A stretch of DNA of 64,000 bases from an uncultured Gemmatimonadales bacterium (lineage in GTDB: Bacteria > Gemmatimonadota > Gemmatimonadetes > Longimicrobiales > RSA9): the NCBI GenBank assembly GCA_963816355.1, contig CAWFKH010000003.1:864001-928000 (forward strand), in the 5' to 3' direction. A model generated the notes under the pieces. That model was given only the letters and a program-made list of their open reading frames with translations. It was not told the origin of the DNA and did no database searches. Position numbers and translations under genes: made by a program. Below are positions 9,947-22,145 of the stretch, in pieces; the first letter of the stretch is position 1; each line of letters starts with the position of its first letter.

Positions 9947-10906
9947 ATGAAGCGGGTGGCGGTGGAGGACCTGCTGCGCGCGAAAGGCGGCGCGCTCGAG
10001 CTGGAGGTGCTGAACGACCCGGCGCACCTGCGGCGAGAGATCGAGGAATCGAGCATATCGAGCCCCGGGCTCGTCCTCGCCGGCTACACGGAGCGTCTGC
10101 CGATGGGCCGCATCCAGGTCTTCGGCGAGACCGAGATGAGCTTTCTCGGCGGTCTCGGCGCCGAACGCCTCGACGCCGTGCTCACCGACTTCTTCGCGCT
10201 CTCCTTTCCCGCCGCGATCGTGACCAAGGGGCAGGAGGCGCCGCCGATCATGGTCGCGCGCGCCGACGAGTACGCCGTGCCGCTGCTGCGCTCGAAGCTG
10301 AAGACCGGCGAATTCTACCGCCGCCTGCAGCCGTACCTGGAGGAGTGCTTCGCGCCGACGACGGTCGTGCACGGATCGCTCGCGGACGTCTACGGCGTGG
10401 GTCTCCTCTTCATCGGCAGGAGCGGGATCGGCAAGAGCGAGTGCGTCCTCGACCTAGTCGAGCGCGGGCATCGCCTCGTCGCCGACGACATCGTCTACGT
10501 CACGCGGCGTGGGAACGACATCCTGCTCGGGCGTGGCCACGAGTTGCAGCGCCACCACATGGAGATCCGCGGCATCGGCATCATCGACATCCCGTCGCTC
10601 TTCGGCATCCGCTCGATCCGCCAGCAGAAGCGCATCGAGGTCGTCGTCGAGCTGGAGGAATGGTCCGAGAAGGCCACCTACGACCGCACCGGCCTCGACG
10701 CCGAGACCACGGAGTACCTCGGCGTCGATCTGCCGAAGGTACGTTTGCCGCTCAATCCGGGTAAGAACATCACCGTGATCTCGGAGGTGGTCGCGATGAA
10801 CCACCTCCTCAAGTATTCGGGCGTCCACGCCGCCGACCGCTTCGATCAGCGGCTGCGCGACGCGATGCGCCCGGTCCGCGACTACCTCGAAGAGGATTAT
10901 GAGTGA
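9947..10906 (+). CDS. hprK: HPr kinase/phosphorylase
   Basis: VHGSLADVYGVGLLFIGRSGIGKSE Walker A, GHRLVADD, MEIRGIGIID. Confidence 0.97.
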   Translation: MKRVAVEDLLRAKGGALELEVLNDPAHLRREIEESSISSPGLVLAGYTERLPMGRIQVFGETEMSFLGGLGAERLDAVLTDFFALSFPAAIVTKGQEAPPIMVARADEYAVPLLRSKLKTGEFYRRLQPYLEECFAPTTVVHGSLADVYGVGLLFIGRSGIGKSECVLDLVERGHRLVADDIVYVTRRGNDILLGRGHELQRHHMEIRGIGIIDIPSLFGIRSIRQQKRIEVVVELEEWSEKATYDRTGLDAETTEYLGVDLPKVRLPLNPGKNITVISEVVAMNHLLKYSGVHAADRFDQRLRDAMRPVRDYLEEDYE

Positions 10907-11327
10907 GGTCCGCCCCTGCCGGGGACTGATCGTCGCCCACGGCACTTTCGCGCGTGGCCTGATCGACGCCGTGCGCGCCATCACCGGTGCGGACGAGGAC
11001 GCCCTCGTCGCGCTCAGCAACACCGGCCGCTCGCCGGAGCAACTCGCGGCCGACATCGAGGCGTGCGTGCGCGAGGGGAGGTGGGTCGTCTTCACCGATA
11101 TGCAGGTCGGAAGCTGTGCCTTCACCGCACGCCGGCTCTGCCGCAGCCGCGGCGACCTCGTGGTCGTGACCGGCGCGAATCTTCCCATGCTGCTCGACTT
11201 CGTGGTGAACCGGGAGCTCCCCGCCGCCGAGCTCGCGCAGCGCGCGCTCAGCCGGGGCCAGCAGGGCATGTGCGTGGTCTTACCGGACGGGAGGACGGAT
11301 GCCGGTCGTGCTGTATCGGGTGGATGA
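10899..11327 (+). CDS. PTS mannose/fructose/sorbose-class EIIA
   Basis: IVAHG phospho-His motif, FTDMQVGS, GANLPMLL. Confidence 0.9.
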   Translation: MSEVRPCRGLIVAHGTFARGLIDAVRAITGADEDALVALSNTGRSPEQLAADIEACVREGRWVVFTDMQVGSCAFTARRLCRSRGDLVVVTGANLPMLLDFVVNRELPAAELAQRALSRGQQGMCVVLPDGRTDAGRAVSGG

Positions 11328-11790
11328 GCGTCTGATCCACGGTCAGGTCGTCGTCGGCTGGGGCGCCGTCCTGCACCCGGACCGCATCGTCGTCGTCGAC
11401 GACGAGCTCGCCGCCTCCGACTGGGAGCAGGAGCTCTACGTCATGGGGCTGCCCTCGAACATCGAGACCATGTTCGCCCGCGTGCGCGACGCGCGCCAGC
11501 ACCTCGACGAGTGGAGAGGGTCGGCGCGGCGTACGATCCTGCTCACGCGCGACATCGACAGCATGCTGCGCCTCGCCGGCGGCGGCCTGCTCGCGGGGGA
11601 GGAGGTCAACATCGGCGGCATCCACGACGCGCCCGGGCGCCACCCCGTGCTGCCGTACGTCTTTCTCGACGCCGGCGAGGCGGAAGAGCTGAAGCGCCTA
11701 TCGGAGGAACGGGTCACGGTGGGCGCGCGCGACCTTCCCACCTCGCGCGCCGTCCCCCTGGAGCGCCTCGTCGGCGATGGCGGGAGCTGA
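11299..11790 (+). CDS. PTS mannose-class EIIB
   Basis: RVDERLIHGQVVVGW signature, VNIGG. Confidence 0.93.
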   Translation: MPVVLYRVDERLIHGQVVVGWGAVLHPDRIVVVDDELAASDWEQELYVMGLPSNIETMFARVRDARQHLDEWRGSARRTILLTRDIDSMLRLAGGGLLAGEEVNIGGIHDAPGRHPVLPYVFLDAGEAEELKRLSEERVTVGARDLPTSRAVPLERLVGDGGS

Positions 11791-12468
11791 GTGATGGGGT
11801 GGCTCCTCGTCGCGGCGTGGGGTGGCCTCGTCGGGCTCGACGGCACCTCGCTCCTTCAGGTCATGGTGTCGCGGCCGCTTCCTGCGGCCGCGCTCGCCGG
11901 GCTGCTTCTGGGGAATCCGGTCGCGGGCGCGATCGTCGGCGCCGTTCTCGAGACGTTCGCGCTCTGCGCGCTGCCCATCGGCGCCGCGCGCAATCCGGAG
12001 GCGGGCACCGCCGCCGTCGCCGCCGCGGCGGGCTACGCCTTCGTCGTCGGGCCCGCCGTGGAGCCGGAGCTCGTGCTCGTGGCGGTCCTCTTCGGCCTCG
12101 TCTGGCAATGGGTCACGGGGCTCACCGTGGACCGCATTCGGCACCTGAACGAGCGGATTGCCGCGGTGCCCGCCCGCTCGGAGCCGGTCACGGCCGCCTG
12201 GATCGTGCGCCGCCACATGCTCGCCATCGGGGTCGACTTCCTGCGCGCCGCCGCGGTGACGGTCGTGGGCTGGCTCCTCGCGGTCGCCGCTCTGCGCGCG
12301 GCGAGCCCGATCGAGGCGCAGCTCGGTCCCGCGGCGGGCGGCATCCTCGGCGTCGCGACGACCGGCATGGTGGCGGCCGCGCTCGGTGTCTTCGGCGGCT
12401 TCCGCGAGCGGCGCACGCCGTTCCTCCTCGGCCTGCTCGGCGGCCTCGCGCTGCTGCTCGCACGATGA
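11791..12468 (+). CDS. PTS mannose-class EIIC
   Basis: LDGTSLLQVMVSRP, GAVLE, PIGA; hydrophobic; between IIB and IID. Confidence 0.85.
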   Translation: MMGWLLVAAWGGLVGLDGTSLLQVMVSRPLPAAALAGLLLGNPVAGAIVGAVLETFALCALPIGAARNPEAGTAAVAAAAGYAFVVGPAVEPELVLVAVLFGLVWQWVTGLTVDRIRHLNERIAAVPARSEPVTAAWIVRRHMLAIGVDFLRAAAVTVVGWLLAVAALRAASPIEAQLGPAAGGILGVATTGMVAAALGVFGGFRERRTPFLLGLLGGLALLLAR

Positions 12469-13208
12469 GCCGCAACGGCGTGCCCACGACCGTACTCCTG
12501 CGCTCGTTCGCGATCCAGGGATCGTGGAACTATCGCACCCTCATCGGCACCGGCTTCGTCTTCGCCCTGCTGCCGGTGCTGCAACGCCGCTTCCACGACG
12601 ATCCGGCCGCGCTCGACCGCGCGATCCGCCGTCACGCCGGGCTGTTCAACAGCCATCCCTATTTAGCGGGCATGGCGCTTGGCGCGGTGGCGCGGATGGA
12701 GGTGGAGTCCACCGATCCGGCGCTCGTCGACCGCTTCAAGACGGCTGTCCGCGGCTCGCTCGGCTCGCTCGGCGACCGCCTCGTGTGGGCCGGCTGGCGG
12801 CCGCTCTGCCTGCTGATCGCGCTCACGCTGCTCGCCGCCGGCGCGCCGTGGTGGGTCGCCGTCGCCGCGTTCCTGACGGTCTACAACATCGGCCACATCG
12901 GGCTGCGGCTGTGGAGCTTCCGTATGGGCGTCGAGAACGGACTCCGCGTCGGCGAGAAGCTTCGCCTCTCGCTCGTCGTGCCCGCGCAGCGCCTCACCGG
13001 CACCATCGGCCCGTTCCTCGTTGGGCTGCTGTTGCCGCTGGCCGCCGTCGGCGGCCTCGCCGGAGACCGACTCACGGCGCCGTGGGTGATCGCCGCGGCG
13101 GTGAGCGGCGTCGTCGCTCTCCGGCTCGGTGAGAGCGTGCGCCTCCCGCTCTTCGGACTGATCGCGATTCTCGCAACGACGGGTCTGCTGATGGGTTGGA
13201 TCGAATGA
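12465..13208 (+). CDS. PTS mannose-class EIID
   Basis: QGSWNY, FNSHPY, GSLGSLGDRLVW. Confidence 0.92.
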   Translation: MSRNGVPTTVLLRSFAIQGSWNYRTLIGTGFVFALLPVLQRRFHDDPAALDRAIRRHAGLFNSHPYLAGMALGAVARMEVESTDPALVDRFKTAVRGSLGSLGDRLVWAGWRPLCLLIALTLLAAGAPWWVAVAAFLTVYNIGHIGLRLWSFRMGVENGLRVGEKLRLSLVVPAQRLTGTIGPFLVGLLLPLAAVGGLAGDRLTAPWVIAAAVSGVVALRLGESVRLPLFGLIAILATTGLLMGWIE

Positions 13209-13486
13209 CGCAGGAGCAGGCGCGCAGCATCCAGCTCCGCATTCGCAACCGCTACGGTCTGCACGCCAGGCCCGCGGCCGAGTTCGTCAAGCTCGCGAGC
13301 CGCTTCGCCTGCGATCTCCGCGTCCGCAAGGACGACCTCGAGGTCAACGGCAAGAGCATCATGGGCGTCATGATGCTCGCCGCCGAATGCGGCAGCGAGA
13401 TCGAGATCAACGCCGCTGGCGAGGACGCCGACGAGGCGCTGCGCGAGCTGGCGCAGCTCGTCGAGAACGGGTTCGGAGAGGACTGA
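13205..13486 (+). CDS. ptsH: Phosphocarrier protein HPr
   Basis: GLHARPAA (His15) and NGKSIMGVMML (Ser46). Confidence 0.96.
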   Translation: MTQEQARSIQLRIRNRYGLHARPAAEFVKLASRFACDLRVRKDDLEVNGKSIMGVMMLAAECGSEIEINAAGEDADEALRELAQLVENGFGED

Positions 13487-13516
13487 GCCGATGAACGGCG
13501 TTGGGGACGGGGGCTG

Positions 13517-15298
13517 ATGAAGCTGATCCGGGACGGGATCCCGGCGTCGCCCGGGATCGTCATCGCGCCGGCGCGCCTGCTCCGCTGGGGGGTGCCACGC
13601 GCCTCGCGCGCCAGCATCGAGGCGGACGAGGTGGAAGGCGAGATCCGCCGCCTGCACGCCGCGCGCGCCGCCGCGCAGGAGCGGATCCGCGAGGTGCAGG
13701 CCCACGCCGGCGAGCGCCTCGGCCGCGTCGAGGCGCAGATCTTCGAGCCGCAGATCCTGATGCTCGACGACGCCGAGCTGGTCGAGCCCGCCGAGCGCTC
13801 CATCCGGGAGAACCACTACAGCGCCGCGCGCGCGATCGAGTTGCGCGTCCTCGAGCTGCGCTCCGAGTGGCGCCGGGCGGGACACCCGATGGTGCTCGAC
13901 CGCCTCAACGACCTGCTCGACGTCGAGATCCGCCTCGTCCGCGAGCTGAGCGGCGACGACGACGGCGAGGCCGCTGCCCCGCCCACGGAAGGTCGCTGGA
14001 TCCTCGTCGCCAACGACCTGCCGCCCAGCCTGACGGTCCAGCTCGATCCGGCCGTCGTCCGCGGCGTGGCGCTCGACACCGGCACGCGCACGTCCCACTC
14101 CGCCATCCTCGCCCGCGCCCTCGGCATCCCCGCTGTGGTCGCGCTCGGCGACATCTCGCAGGTCGTCGACGACGGCGACGAGCTCGTCCTCGACGGCCGC
14201 ACGGGCCGCGTCGTGGTGGCGCCGAGCGAGGAGGAGAAGGAGGTCTACCGGGAGCGCGACGTGCACGTCCGCGAGTGGGAGCAGGAGCTGGTGCTGCTCG
14301 CGCACATGGAGTCGGTCACGCCGGACCGCCAGCCGGTCCAGCTCCGCGCCAACATCGACCTGCCCGGCGAGGCGGAGAACGCGCGTGCGCACGGTGCACA
14401 GGGGATCGGCCTCTTCCGCACGGAGTTCCTCGTCGTCGGCCGCAGCGCCTTCCCGGGCGAGGAGGACCAGTACGCCGCCTACCGGCAGGCGGTCGAGGTC
14501 TTCCCGGACGACGCCGTCTTCATCCGCACGTACGACCTCGGCGGCGACAAATTCCCGCGCTTCCTCCAGATGCCGCCCGAGGAGAACCCGTTCCTCGGCT
14601 GGCGCGCGATCCGCGTCTGCCTCGACATGCCGGAGCTGTTCCGCACGCAGCTCCGCGCGATGCTGCGCGCCACCGCCCACGGCGACGTCCGCATCATGCT
14701 TCCGCTCGTCAACGACGTCGCGGAGATCGAGCGCACCCGCGAGCTGCTCGAGGAGATCGAGCAGGAGCTGGTCCGCGACGGGGTCGAGTACAATCCCGGC
14801 TACAAGCTGGGCGTGATGATCGAGACGCCCGCCGCCGCGCTGATCGCCGAAGACCTCGCGCGCCACGCCGACTTCTTCTCCATCGGCACCAACGACCTGG
14901 TGCAGTACACGCTCGCGGTCGACCGCGGCAACGCGCGCCTCGCCTCCCGCTCGACGCCGTTCCACCCCGCCGTCCTGAAGCTGCTGCAGCGCACGGTCGA
15001 GATGGGTCGCCGCGGCGGTGTCGAGGTGAGCGTCTGCGGCGAGATGGCGGCCAACCCGCTCGGCGTGTTCGTCCTCGTCGGCCTCGGCGTGCCCGCCCTC
15101 AGCGTCGCACCGTCCGCGCTGCCGGAGATCAAGAAGGTGATCCGCAGCGTGCCGGCCTCCGCGGCGCGCGAGGCGGCCGGCGAAGCGCTGCACGCGGCGA
15201 GCGCGGCGGAGACCGTCGAGATCCTCACGGGCGCCGCGTCGCAGTGGCTGGACCTCTCCGTCTTCTCAGGCCGCTGGAACTTGTCGCCTCTTCAGTGA
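13517..15298 (+). CDS. ptsI: PTS enzyme I
   Basis: GIPASPG, TSHSAILAR, GIGLFRTEF, EENPFLGWRAIR, SIGTNDLVQY, CGEMA. Confidence 0.97.
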   Translation: MKLIRDGIPASPGIVIAPARLLRWGVPRASRASIEADEVEGEIRRLHAARAAAQERIREVQAHAGERLGRVEAQIFEPQILMLDDAELVEPAERSIRENHYSAARAIELRVLELRSEWRRAGHPMVLDRLNDLLDVEIRLVRELSGDDDGEAAAPPTEGRWILVANDLPPSLTVQLDPAVVRGVALDTGTRTSHSAILARALGIPAVVALGDISQVVDDGDELVLDGRTGRVVVAPSEEEKEVYRERDVHVREWEQELVLLAHMESVTPDRQPVQLRANIDLPGEAENARAHGAQGIGLFRTEFLVVGRSAFPGEEDQYAAYRQAVEVFPDDAVFIRTYDLGGDKFPRFLQMPPEENPFLGWRAIRVCLDMPELFRTQLRAMLRATAHGDVRIMLPLVNDVAEIERTRELLEEIEQELVRDGVEYNPGYKLGVMIETPAAALIAEDLARHADFFSIGTNDLVQYTLAVDRGNARLASRSTPFHPAVLKLLQRTVEMGRRGGVEVSVCGEMAANPLGVFVLVGLGVPALSVAPSALPEIKKVIRSVPASAAREAAGEALHAASAAETVEILTGAASQWLDLSVFSGRWNLSPLQ

Positions 15299-15309
15299 CC
15301 GACTAACTT
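15281..15309 (+). promoter_or_regulatory. Putative sigma70 promoter for metK-ahcY, overlapping the ptsI 3' end
   Basis: TTGTCG-N17-TAACTT. Confidence 0.55.
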
Positions 15310-15367
15310 CGCGGCGCCCTGTCGGATGCCCGCTGGCCGTTCTTCAGCGACCTGCTAAGGAGCAACT

Positions 15368-16546
15368 TTGGACCGCTACCTCTTCACCTCCGAATCCGTC
15401 ACGGAGGGGCACCCCGACAAGATCGCGGACCAGATCAGCGACGCGATCCTCGACGCCGTGCTCGCGAAGGACGAGGGCGGTCGCGTCGCATGCGAGACCC
15501 TGGTGACCACCGGCCTCGTCATCGTGGCCGGCGAGGTCACGACGGAAGACTACGTCGACGTGTCCGCGGCGGTGCGCGGCACGCTCCGCTCGATCGGCTA
15601 CACCGACGCCGCGTACGGCATCGACTGCGACAGCTGCGGCGTGCTCGTCGCGCTCGACCGCCAGTCGCCCGACATCGCGCAGGGCGTCGACGGCGGCGGC
15701 GCCGGAGACCAGGGCATGATGTTCGGCTACGCGGTCGACGAGACGGAGGAGCTGATGCCCGCGCCGATCGGGCTCGCCCACCGCCTCACCAAGCGCCTCG
15801 CCAGGCTCCGCGCCGACGGCGACATCCCGTGGCTGCGGCCGGACGGCAAGGCGCAGGTCACGATGGAGTACGAGGATGGACGGCCCGTGCGCGTCCACAC
15901 CGTCGTCGTCAGCACGCAGCACGCGGCGGACGTCTCGATCGAGGAGGTGCGCGAGCGCGTCGTGCGCGACGTCGTCACGCCGGTCATGCCGCCCGATCTC
16001 TTCGACCCCGCCTCGTGCGTGTTCCACGTCAACCCGACCGGCCGCTTCGTCGTGGGCGGCCCGCACGGCGATGCCGGCCTCACCGGCCGCAAGATCATCG
16101 TCGACACCTATGGTGGCTCCGCCCGCCACGGCGGCGGCGCGTTCAGCGGCAAGGACCCCTCCAAGGTCGACCGCTCCGCCGCCTACGCCGCGCGGTGGGC
16201 CGCCAAGAACATCGTCGCCGCCGGCGTCGCGCGCCGCTGCGAGATCCAGATCGCTTACGCGATCGGCGTCGCCGACCCCGTCTCCGTCCACGTCGACTCG
16301 TTCGGCACCGGCGTGGTGCCGGACGCGCGCATCGCGGAAGCGCTCCGCGACGTCTTCGACTTCCGGCCCCGCGCCATCATCCAGGAGCTCTGCCTGGCCC
16401 GGCCGATCTACCGGCCGACCGCCGCCTATGGCCACTTCGGCCGCCGCTCCTACACGGCGGACGACGGCCCCGGAAGCGGCAACACCTTCTTCACCTGGGA
16501 ACGCACCGACCGCGCCGACGAGCTCCGTACGGCGCTCGGCCTCTAA
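15368..16546 (+). CDS. metK: S-adenosylmethionine synthetase
   Basis: [49 protein letters not shown] start after AAGGAG. Confidence 0.98.
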   Translation: MDRYLFTSESVTEGHPDKIADQISDAILDAVLAKDEGGRVACETLVTTGLVIVAGEVTTEDYVDVSAAVRGTLRSIGYTDAAYGIDCDSCGVLVALDRQSPDIAQGVDGGGAGDQGMMFGYAVDETEELMPAPIGLAHRLTKRLARLRADGDIPWLRPDGKAQVTMEYEDGRPVRVHTVVVSTQHAADVSIEEVRERVVRDVVTPVMPPDLFDPASCVFHVNPTGRFVVGGPHGDAGLTGRKIIVDTYGGSARHGGGAFSGKDPSKVDRSAAYAARWAAKNIVAAGVARRCEIQIAYAIGVADPVSVHVDSFGTGVVPDARIAEALRDVFDFRPRAIIQELCLARPIYRPTAAYGHFGRRSYTADDGPGSGNTFFTWERTDRADELRTALGL

Positions 16547-16552
16547 CCATAG

Positions 16553-17902
<1,350 letters not shown>

Positions 17903-17938
17903 CCCGCCCGTCGGCAGGATCGCGCTCTGGAGGACCGG

Positions 17939-18508
17939 ATGATCGAAGTGAAGGTGCAGAGTCTCGGGTTGGACCGGTCGTCCAACACGCCCGTCGTCAT
18001 CCTCCAGGAACGCGAGGGATCGCGCGTCCTGCCGATCTGGATCGGGCCCGGCGAGGCGAGCGCGATCGCGATGGAGCTGGCCGGCATGAAGTTCTCCCGC
18101 CCGCTCACCCACGACCTCTTCTGCTCCGTGATCGTCGGGCTCGGCGGCGCGCTCAAGCGCGTCCTCATCACCAAGGTCGTCGACAACACCTACTACGCCG
18201 AGCTGATCATTCAGCGCGGCGGCGAGCTGATCAGCGTCGACGCGCGCCCCTCCGATTCGATCGCCATCGCGCTCCGCCTCGACGCTACCATCCTCACCGA
18301 CGACGAGCTGCTCGAGAACACCCACATCGAGATCTCGGACGTGAGCGCCACCGAAGGCGACGAGATCGACGTCGAGGAGGAGGAGGAGTCCGGCTTCGAC
18401 GTCGAGCGCGCCCGCAAGGAGGCGGAGGAGCAGGGGCTGCGCGCGCAGGAGCTCAACGAATACCTGCGGCGGCTGAATCCGGAGGATTTCGGCCGCTTCA
18501 ACATGTGA
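17939..18508 (+). CDS. Bifunctional nuclease family protein (DUF151)
   Basis: LPIWIG..EA..I, RPLTHDL, DARPSDSIAIAL. Confidence 0.93.
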   Translation: MIEVKVQSLGLDRSSNTPVVILQEREGSRVLPIWIGPGEASAIAMELAGMKFSRPLTHDLFCSVIVGLGGALKRVLITKVVDNTYYAELIIQRGGELISVDARPSDSIAIALRLDATILTDDELLENTHIEISDVSATEGDEIDVEEEEESGFDVERARKEAEEQGLRAQELNEYLRRLNPEDFGRFNM

Positions 18509-18512
18509 CGCG

Positions 18513-19310
18513 ATGACCTCGATCCGTGCCGCCGTGCGCCTTTCACCCGCCTCGCTCGCGCCGATCGCGATCGTCGTAGCGGCGCTCTGCGCGCCGCCCG
18601 CCGGGGCCGCGGCCGCGCAGGCGGGGCAGAGTGCGTCGGCGCCGTCCGGCTCCGCCGCCGCGCCCGCCGCCGCAGCGCAGGGGGCCGCCACCCCGGTCGA
18701 CGGCCGCATCCTCGACACCGCCGGCAAGCCGGTACCGGACATCGCCGTGTCGCTCCACCGCGTCGGCCCCGCGGGCGGCACGCAGGTGGGGGTGGACACC
18801 ACTGACGCCGAAGGCCGCTTCCACTTCGCCGCCGTTTCGACCGGGCCCGGCGAGGTGCTCTTCGCCGCGGTTCGCTACGAAGGCGAGCTCTACGTGGGGC
18901 AGCCGCTCGAGGCGGCGATGCCCCGGAACGACTACGAGATCGAGGTGGGCAATCGCGCCAACGCGGTGAACCTCGGTCCCGTCACCTCGCCGCAGGCCGA
19001 GCCGGCGGCGCCGGTGCCGCAGCCCGTCCTGCAGCGCAACGCCACCCGCTTCTGGGCCGGCATCGTGCTGCTCGCGCTCGCGGCCGGCGCCTTCCTGCTG
19101 CTGCGCCGTCCCGCGCGACGAGGGGCGCCGCCGGAATGGCGCCGCACGCTGATGGAGCTCGCCGCGGTCGAGGAGCGGCTGGACGCGCTCGGCGACCCGG
19201 GCGCTGGCGGGGACGCCGGCGAGAGGGCGCGCTACGAGCACCTGCGCGCGCGCCTGCACGCGCGCCTCACCGGCCCGACCCCCGCGGAAGTCGATGCCGC
19301 TCGTCAGTGA
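18513..19310 (+). CDS. Hypothetical membrane-anchored protein with carboxypeptidase-regulatory-like beta domain
   Basis: Signal-like N-terminus, GRILDTAGKPV...TTDAEGRFHF, one C-proximal TM helix; overlaps recO start. Confidence 0.7.
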   Translation: MTSIRAAVRLSPASLAPIAIVVAALCAPPAGAAAAQAGQSASAPSGSAAAPAAAAQGAATPVDGRILDTAGKPVPDIAVSLHRVGPAGGTQVGVDTTDAEGRFHFAAVSTGPGEVLFAAVRYEGELYVGQPLEAAMPRNDYEIEVGNRANAVNLGPVTSPQAEPAAPVPQPVLQRNATRFWAGIVLLALAAGAFLLLRRPARRGAPPEWRRTLMELAAVEERLDALGDPGAGGDAGERARYEHLRARLHARLTGPTPAEVDAARQ

Positions 19311-20037
19311 CGACGCGATCATTCTCCAGGCGTTCCCCTACAGCGAGACCAGCAAGATTCTGCGCCTGCTCACCCGCGGGCACGGCGTCGTCTCCGCCAT
19401 GGTCCGCGGCGCACGTCGACCGAGGAACCGCTACGGTGGCGTGCTCGAGCCGTTCACCGTGGGTGTGGCGACGATCTACATCAAGGACTCGCGCGATCTC
19501 CAGACGATGAGCGGCTTCGACCTGGCCCACAGCGGCCAGGCGCTGGCCAACGACCTCGTCCGCTTCGGCGCCGCATCCGTCCTCGCCGAGCTCGTCCTCC
19601 ACGCCACGAGCCCCGAACCCGATCCGCTCCTCTTCGAGCGCGTGCGCGGCTCCCTGCGAACGCTCGCCCGCGAGCCGCCCGAACGCCTCGAGACCGCCGC
19701 CCTGTGCGCGCTGTGGGGCGTCGTCGCCCATCTCGGCTTCGCCCCCGCCCTCGATCACTGCCTCGCCTGCGGCCGCGGCGTCGCCCGCGATGAGGACGTT
19801 CTCTTCGACTACGCCGCCGGCGGCATCCGCTGCGGCGCGTGCGGCGGCGCGCTTCACGGCCGCGCGCTGCCCCCCGACGCCCGCGCGCGGCTCGCCGCCG
19901 TGATCGCCGGCGACGCAGAGCCGTTGCCGCGCACCACCGCGCACTGGGACCTCCTCGCCCGCTTCCTGTCGATGCACGTCCTCGAGGGCCGCGGCCTTCG
20001 CTCCCTCGACTTCCTCGCCCGCGCGCTCGCCTCGTGA
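19294..20037 (+). CDS. recO: DNA repair protein RecO
   Basis: [31 protein letters not shown] and CGACG zinc finger. Confidence 0.95.
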   Translation: MPLVSDDAIILQAFPYSETSKILRLLTRGHGVVSAMVRGARRPRNRYGGVLEPFTVGVATIYIKDSRDLQTMSGFDLAHSGQALANDLVRFGAASVLAELVLHATSPEPDPLLFERVRGSLRTLAREPPERLETAALCALWGVVAHLGFAPALDHCLACGRGVARDEDVLFDYAAGGIRCGACGGALHGRALPPDARARLAAVIAGDAEPLPRTTAHWDLLARFLSMHVLEGRGLRSLDFLARALAS

Positions 20038-22066
20038 GCGCCCGCCGCCTCGTCCTCGGGACCGCCGGCCACATCGACCACGGCAAGACGACGCTCGTGC
20101 ACGCGCTCACCGGCGTCGACACCGACCGCCTCGCCGAGGAGAAGCGCCGCGGCATCACGATCGATCTCGGCTTCGCGGAGCTGCCGCTCGACGACGACAC
20201 CGCCCTCGCCGTCGTCGACGTCCCCGGCCACGAAGGCTTCGTCCGGAACATGCTCGCCGGCGCCACCGGCATCGACGTCATGCTGCTCGTCGTCGCGGCC
20301 GACGAGGGCGTCATGCCCCAGACCCGCGAGCACCTCGCCATCGTCGAGCTCCTCGACGTCGCCGCCGGCGTCGTCGCGGTCACCAAGGCGGACCTCGTCG
20401 AGCCCGAATGGCTCCATCTCGTCGTCGACGACCTCGCCGAGCAGCTCGCCGGCGGCCCCTTCGGCGACGCGCAGATCGTTCCCGTCTCCGCGCGCACCGG
20501 CGCGGGCCTCGACGCGCTTCGCGCGGCGCTGGGCGACTCCGCCCAGCGCGCACGACAGCGCGACGCCGCGGGGCTCTTCCGCCTCCCAGTCGACCGCGTC
20601 TTCACCATCCGCGGCACCGGCACGGTGGTGACCGGCACCATCGTCTCCGGTGGCGTTCACGACGGTGCGAGCGTTCGCATCCTGCCCGGCCCCGCCGCGC
20701 GGATCGCGGCCGGCCCGACCGCGCACGGCCTCGGCGCAGGCCTCGTGGCGCGCGTGCGCGGCGTTCAGGTCCACGGCGCCGTCGCCGAAAACGCCCGCGC
20801 AGGCCACCGCGCCGCGCTCGCGCTCGCCGGCGTCGACCACGCGGACGTGCGGCGCGGCAACGTCGTCGTATCGAGCGACGCCCCTTGGCGCCCCACGTCG
20901 ATGCTGAGCGCGCGCATCCGCGTCATCCCGGGCACGGAGTGGCGCGTGCGCAACCGCCAGCGCCTTCGCATCCACCTGGGCACGGCGGAGGTGATGGGCC
21001 GCGCGATCCTCTTCGGCACCCGCGAGCTCGGCCCCGGCGACGAGGCGTGGGCACAGCTCCGGCTCGAGACGCCGCTCGTCGCCCGCGCCGGCGACCGCTT
21101 CGTCCTCCGCTCCTATTCGCCCGTGACCACGCTCGGCGGCGGCACCGTCGCCGAGCCGCTCCCGCCCAAGCGCAAGCGGCTCGACGACGACGCTCGCGCC
21201 GCCCTCGACGCGGTGCTCGCCGCCGCCCCCGACGCCGCCGAGCGCCTGGTCCGGCTCGAGGCGTGGCGAGGCCTCGAGGCGGAGAGCCTGCCGCTGCGGC
21301 TGATCTCCACGCCCCGCCGTGACGAGGACGCCCCGTCCGCCGCCGGCCCGGATCGCTCCCGACCGCAGCCGACGAAGGAGCCACCGCCGCCGCCGGGGAG
21401 GGAGCCGCCGCCACGGCCTCGACGGCGCGGCTGACGGAGGCCGGCGGCCGCTTCTTCGCCCCCGGGATCGCCGACGACGCCCGCCGCCGCATTCTGGACG
21501 CCGTCGCGGCGGAACAGCGCCGTCGCCCGATCCGCCCTGCCGTGCCCTGGGAAGTGGCCCGCGGCGCGCTTCCCGACGAGGCGCCCCCGCCCCTCGTGGA
21601 ACGCTCGATCCAGGCCCTGATCGACGATGGCAGCCTCCGCCGCGAAGCCGACGGCCTCGCGACCCCCGACCACCAACCCCGCCTCGACCCGCAGCAGCAG
21701 CGCGCCCGTGATCACCTGCTCGCCCTCCTCCGCGACGCGGGACTGACGCCCCCCCTCCGTGGCGATCTCCCCGCCGAGCTGCGCGACCTCGACGGCCTCG
21801 ACGACCTCCTCGACCACCTCGAGCGCGCCGGCCGCATTCGACGCATCACCGCCGACCTCGTCGTCCATGCCGACGCCCTTCGCGAAGCCACCCGCGCGCT
21901 GCGCGCGAGCTTCGCCGGCCGCGACAACCTGACCCCCGCCGACTTCCGCGGCGCCCTGCCGGATCTCTCCCGCAAGTACCTGATCCCGCTGCTCGAGTAC
22001 CTCGATGCCACCGGCGTCACCCTCCGGCGCGGCGACCGCCGGTCCCTGCGAGAGGGGGCGGGGTAG
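20034..22066 (+). CDS. selB: Selenocysteine-specific elongation factor SelB, split by an apparent frameshift near 21320-21365
   Basis: [30 protein letters not shown]; the winged-helix C-terminus [13 protein letters not shown]...RRGDRR lies in a different frame ending at 22066. Confidence 0.92.
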
Positions 22067-22089
22067 ACCCCTCGGCGGCCTCGTCTCCC

Positions 22090-22145
22090 TTGACACCCGA
22101 CCGCTGGAACGGGTACGTTCGACCTGATGTAGTACGGGTACGTTC
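22090..22145 (+). promoter_or_regulatory. Putative promoter with 12-bp direct repeat
   Basis: TTGACA-N18-TACGTT; ACGGGTACGTTC at 22109-22120 and 22134-22145. Confidence 0.5.
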
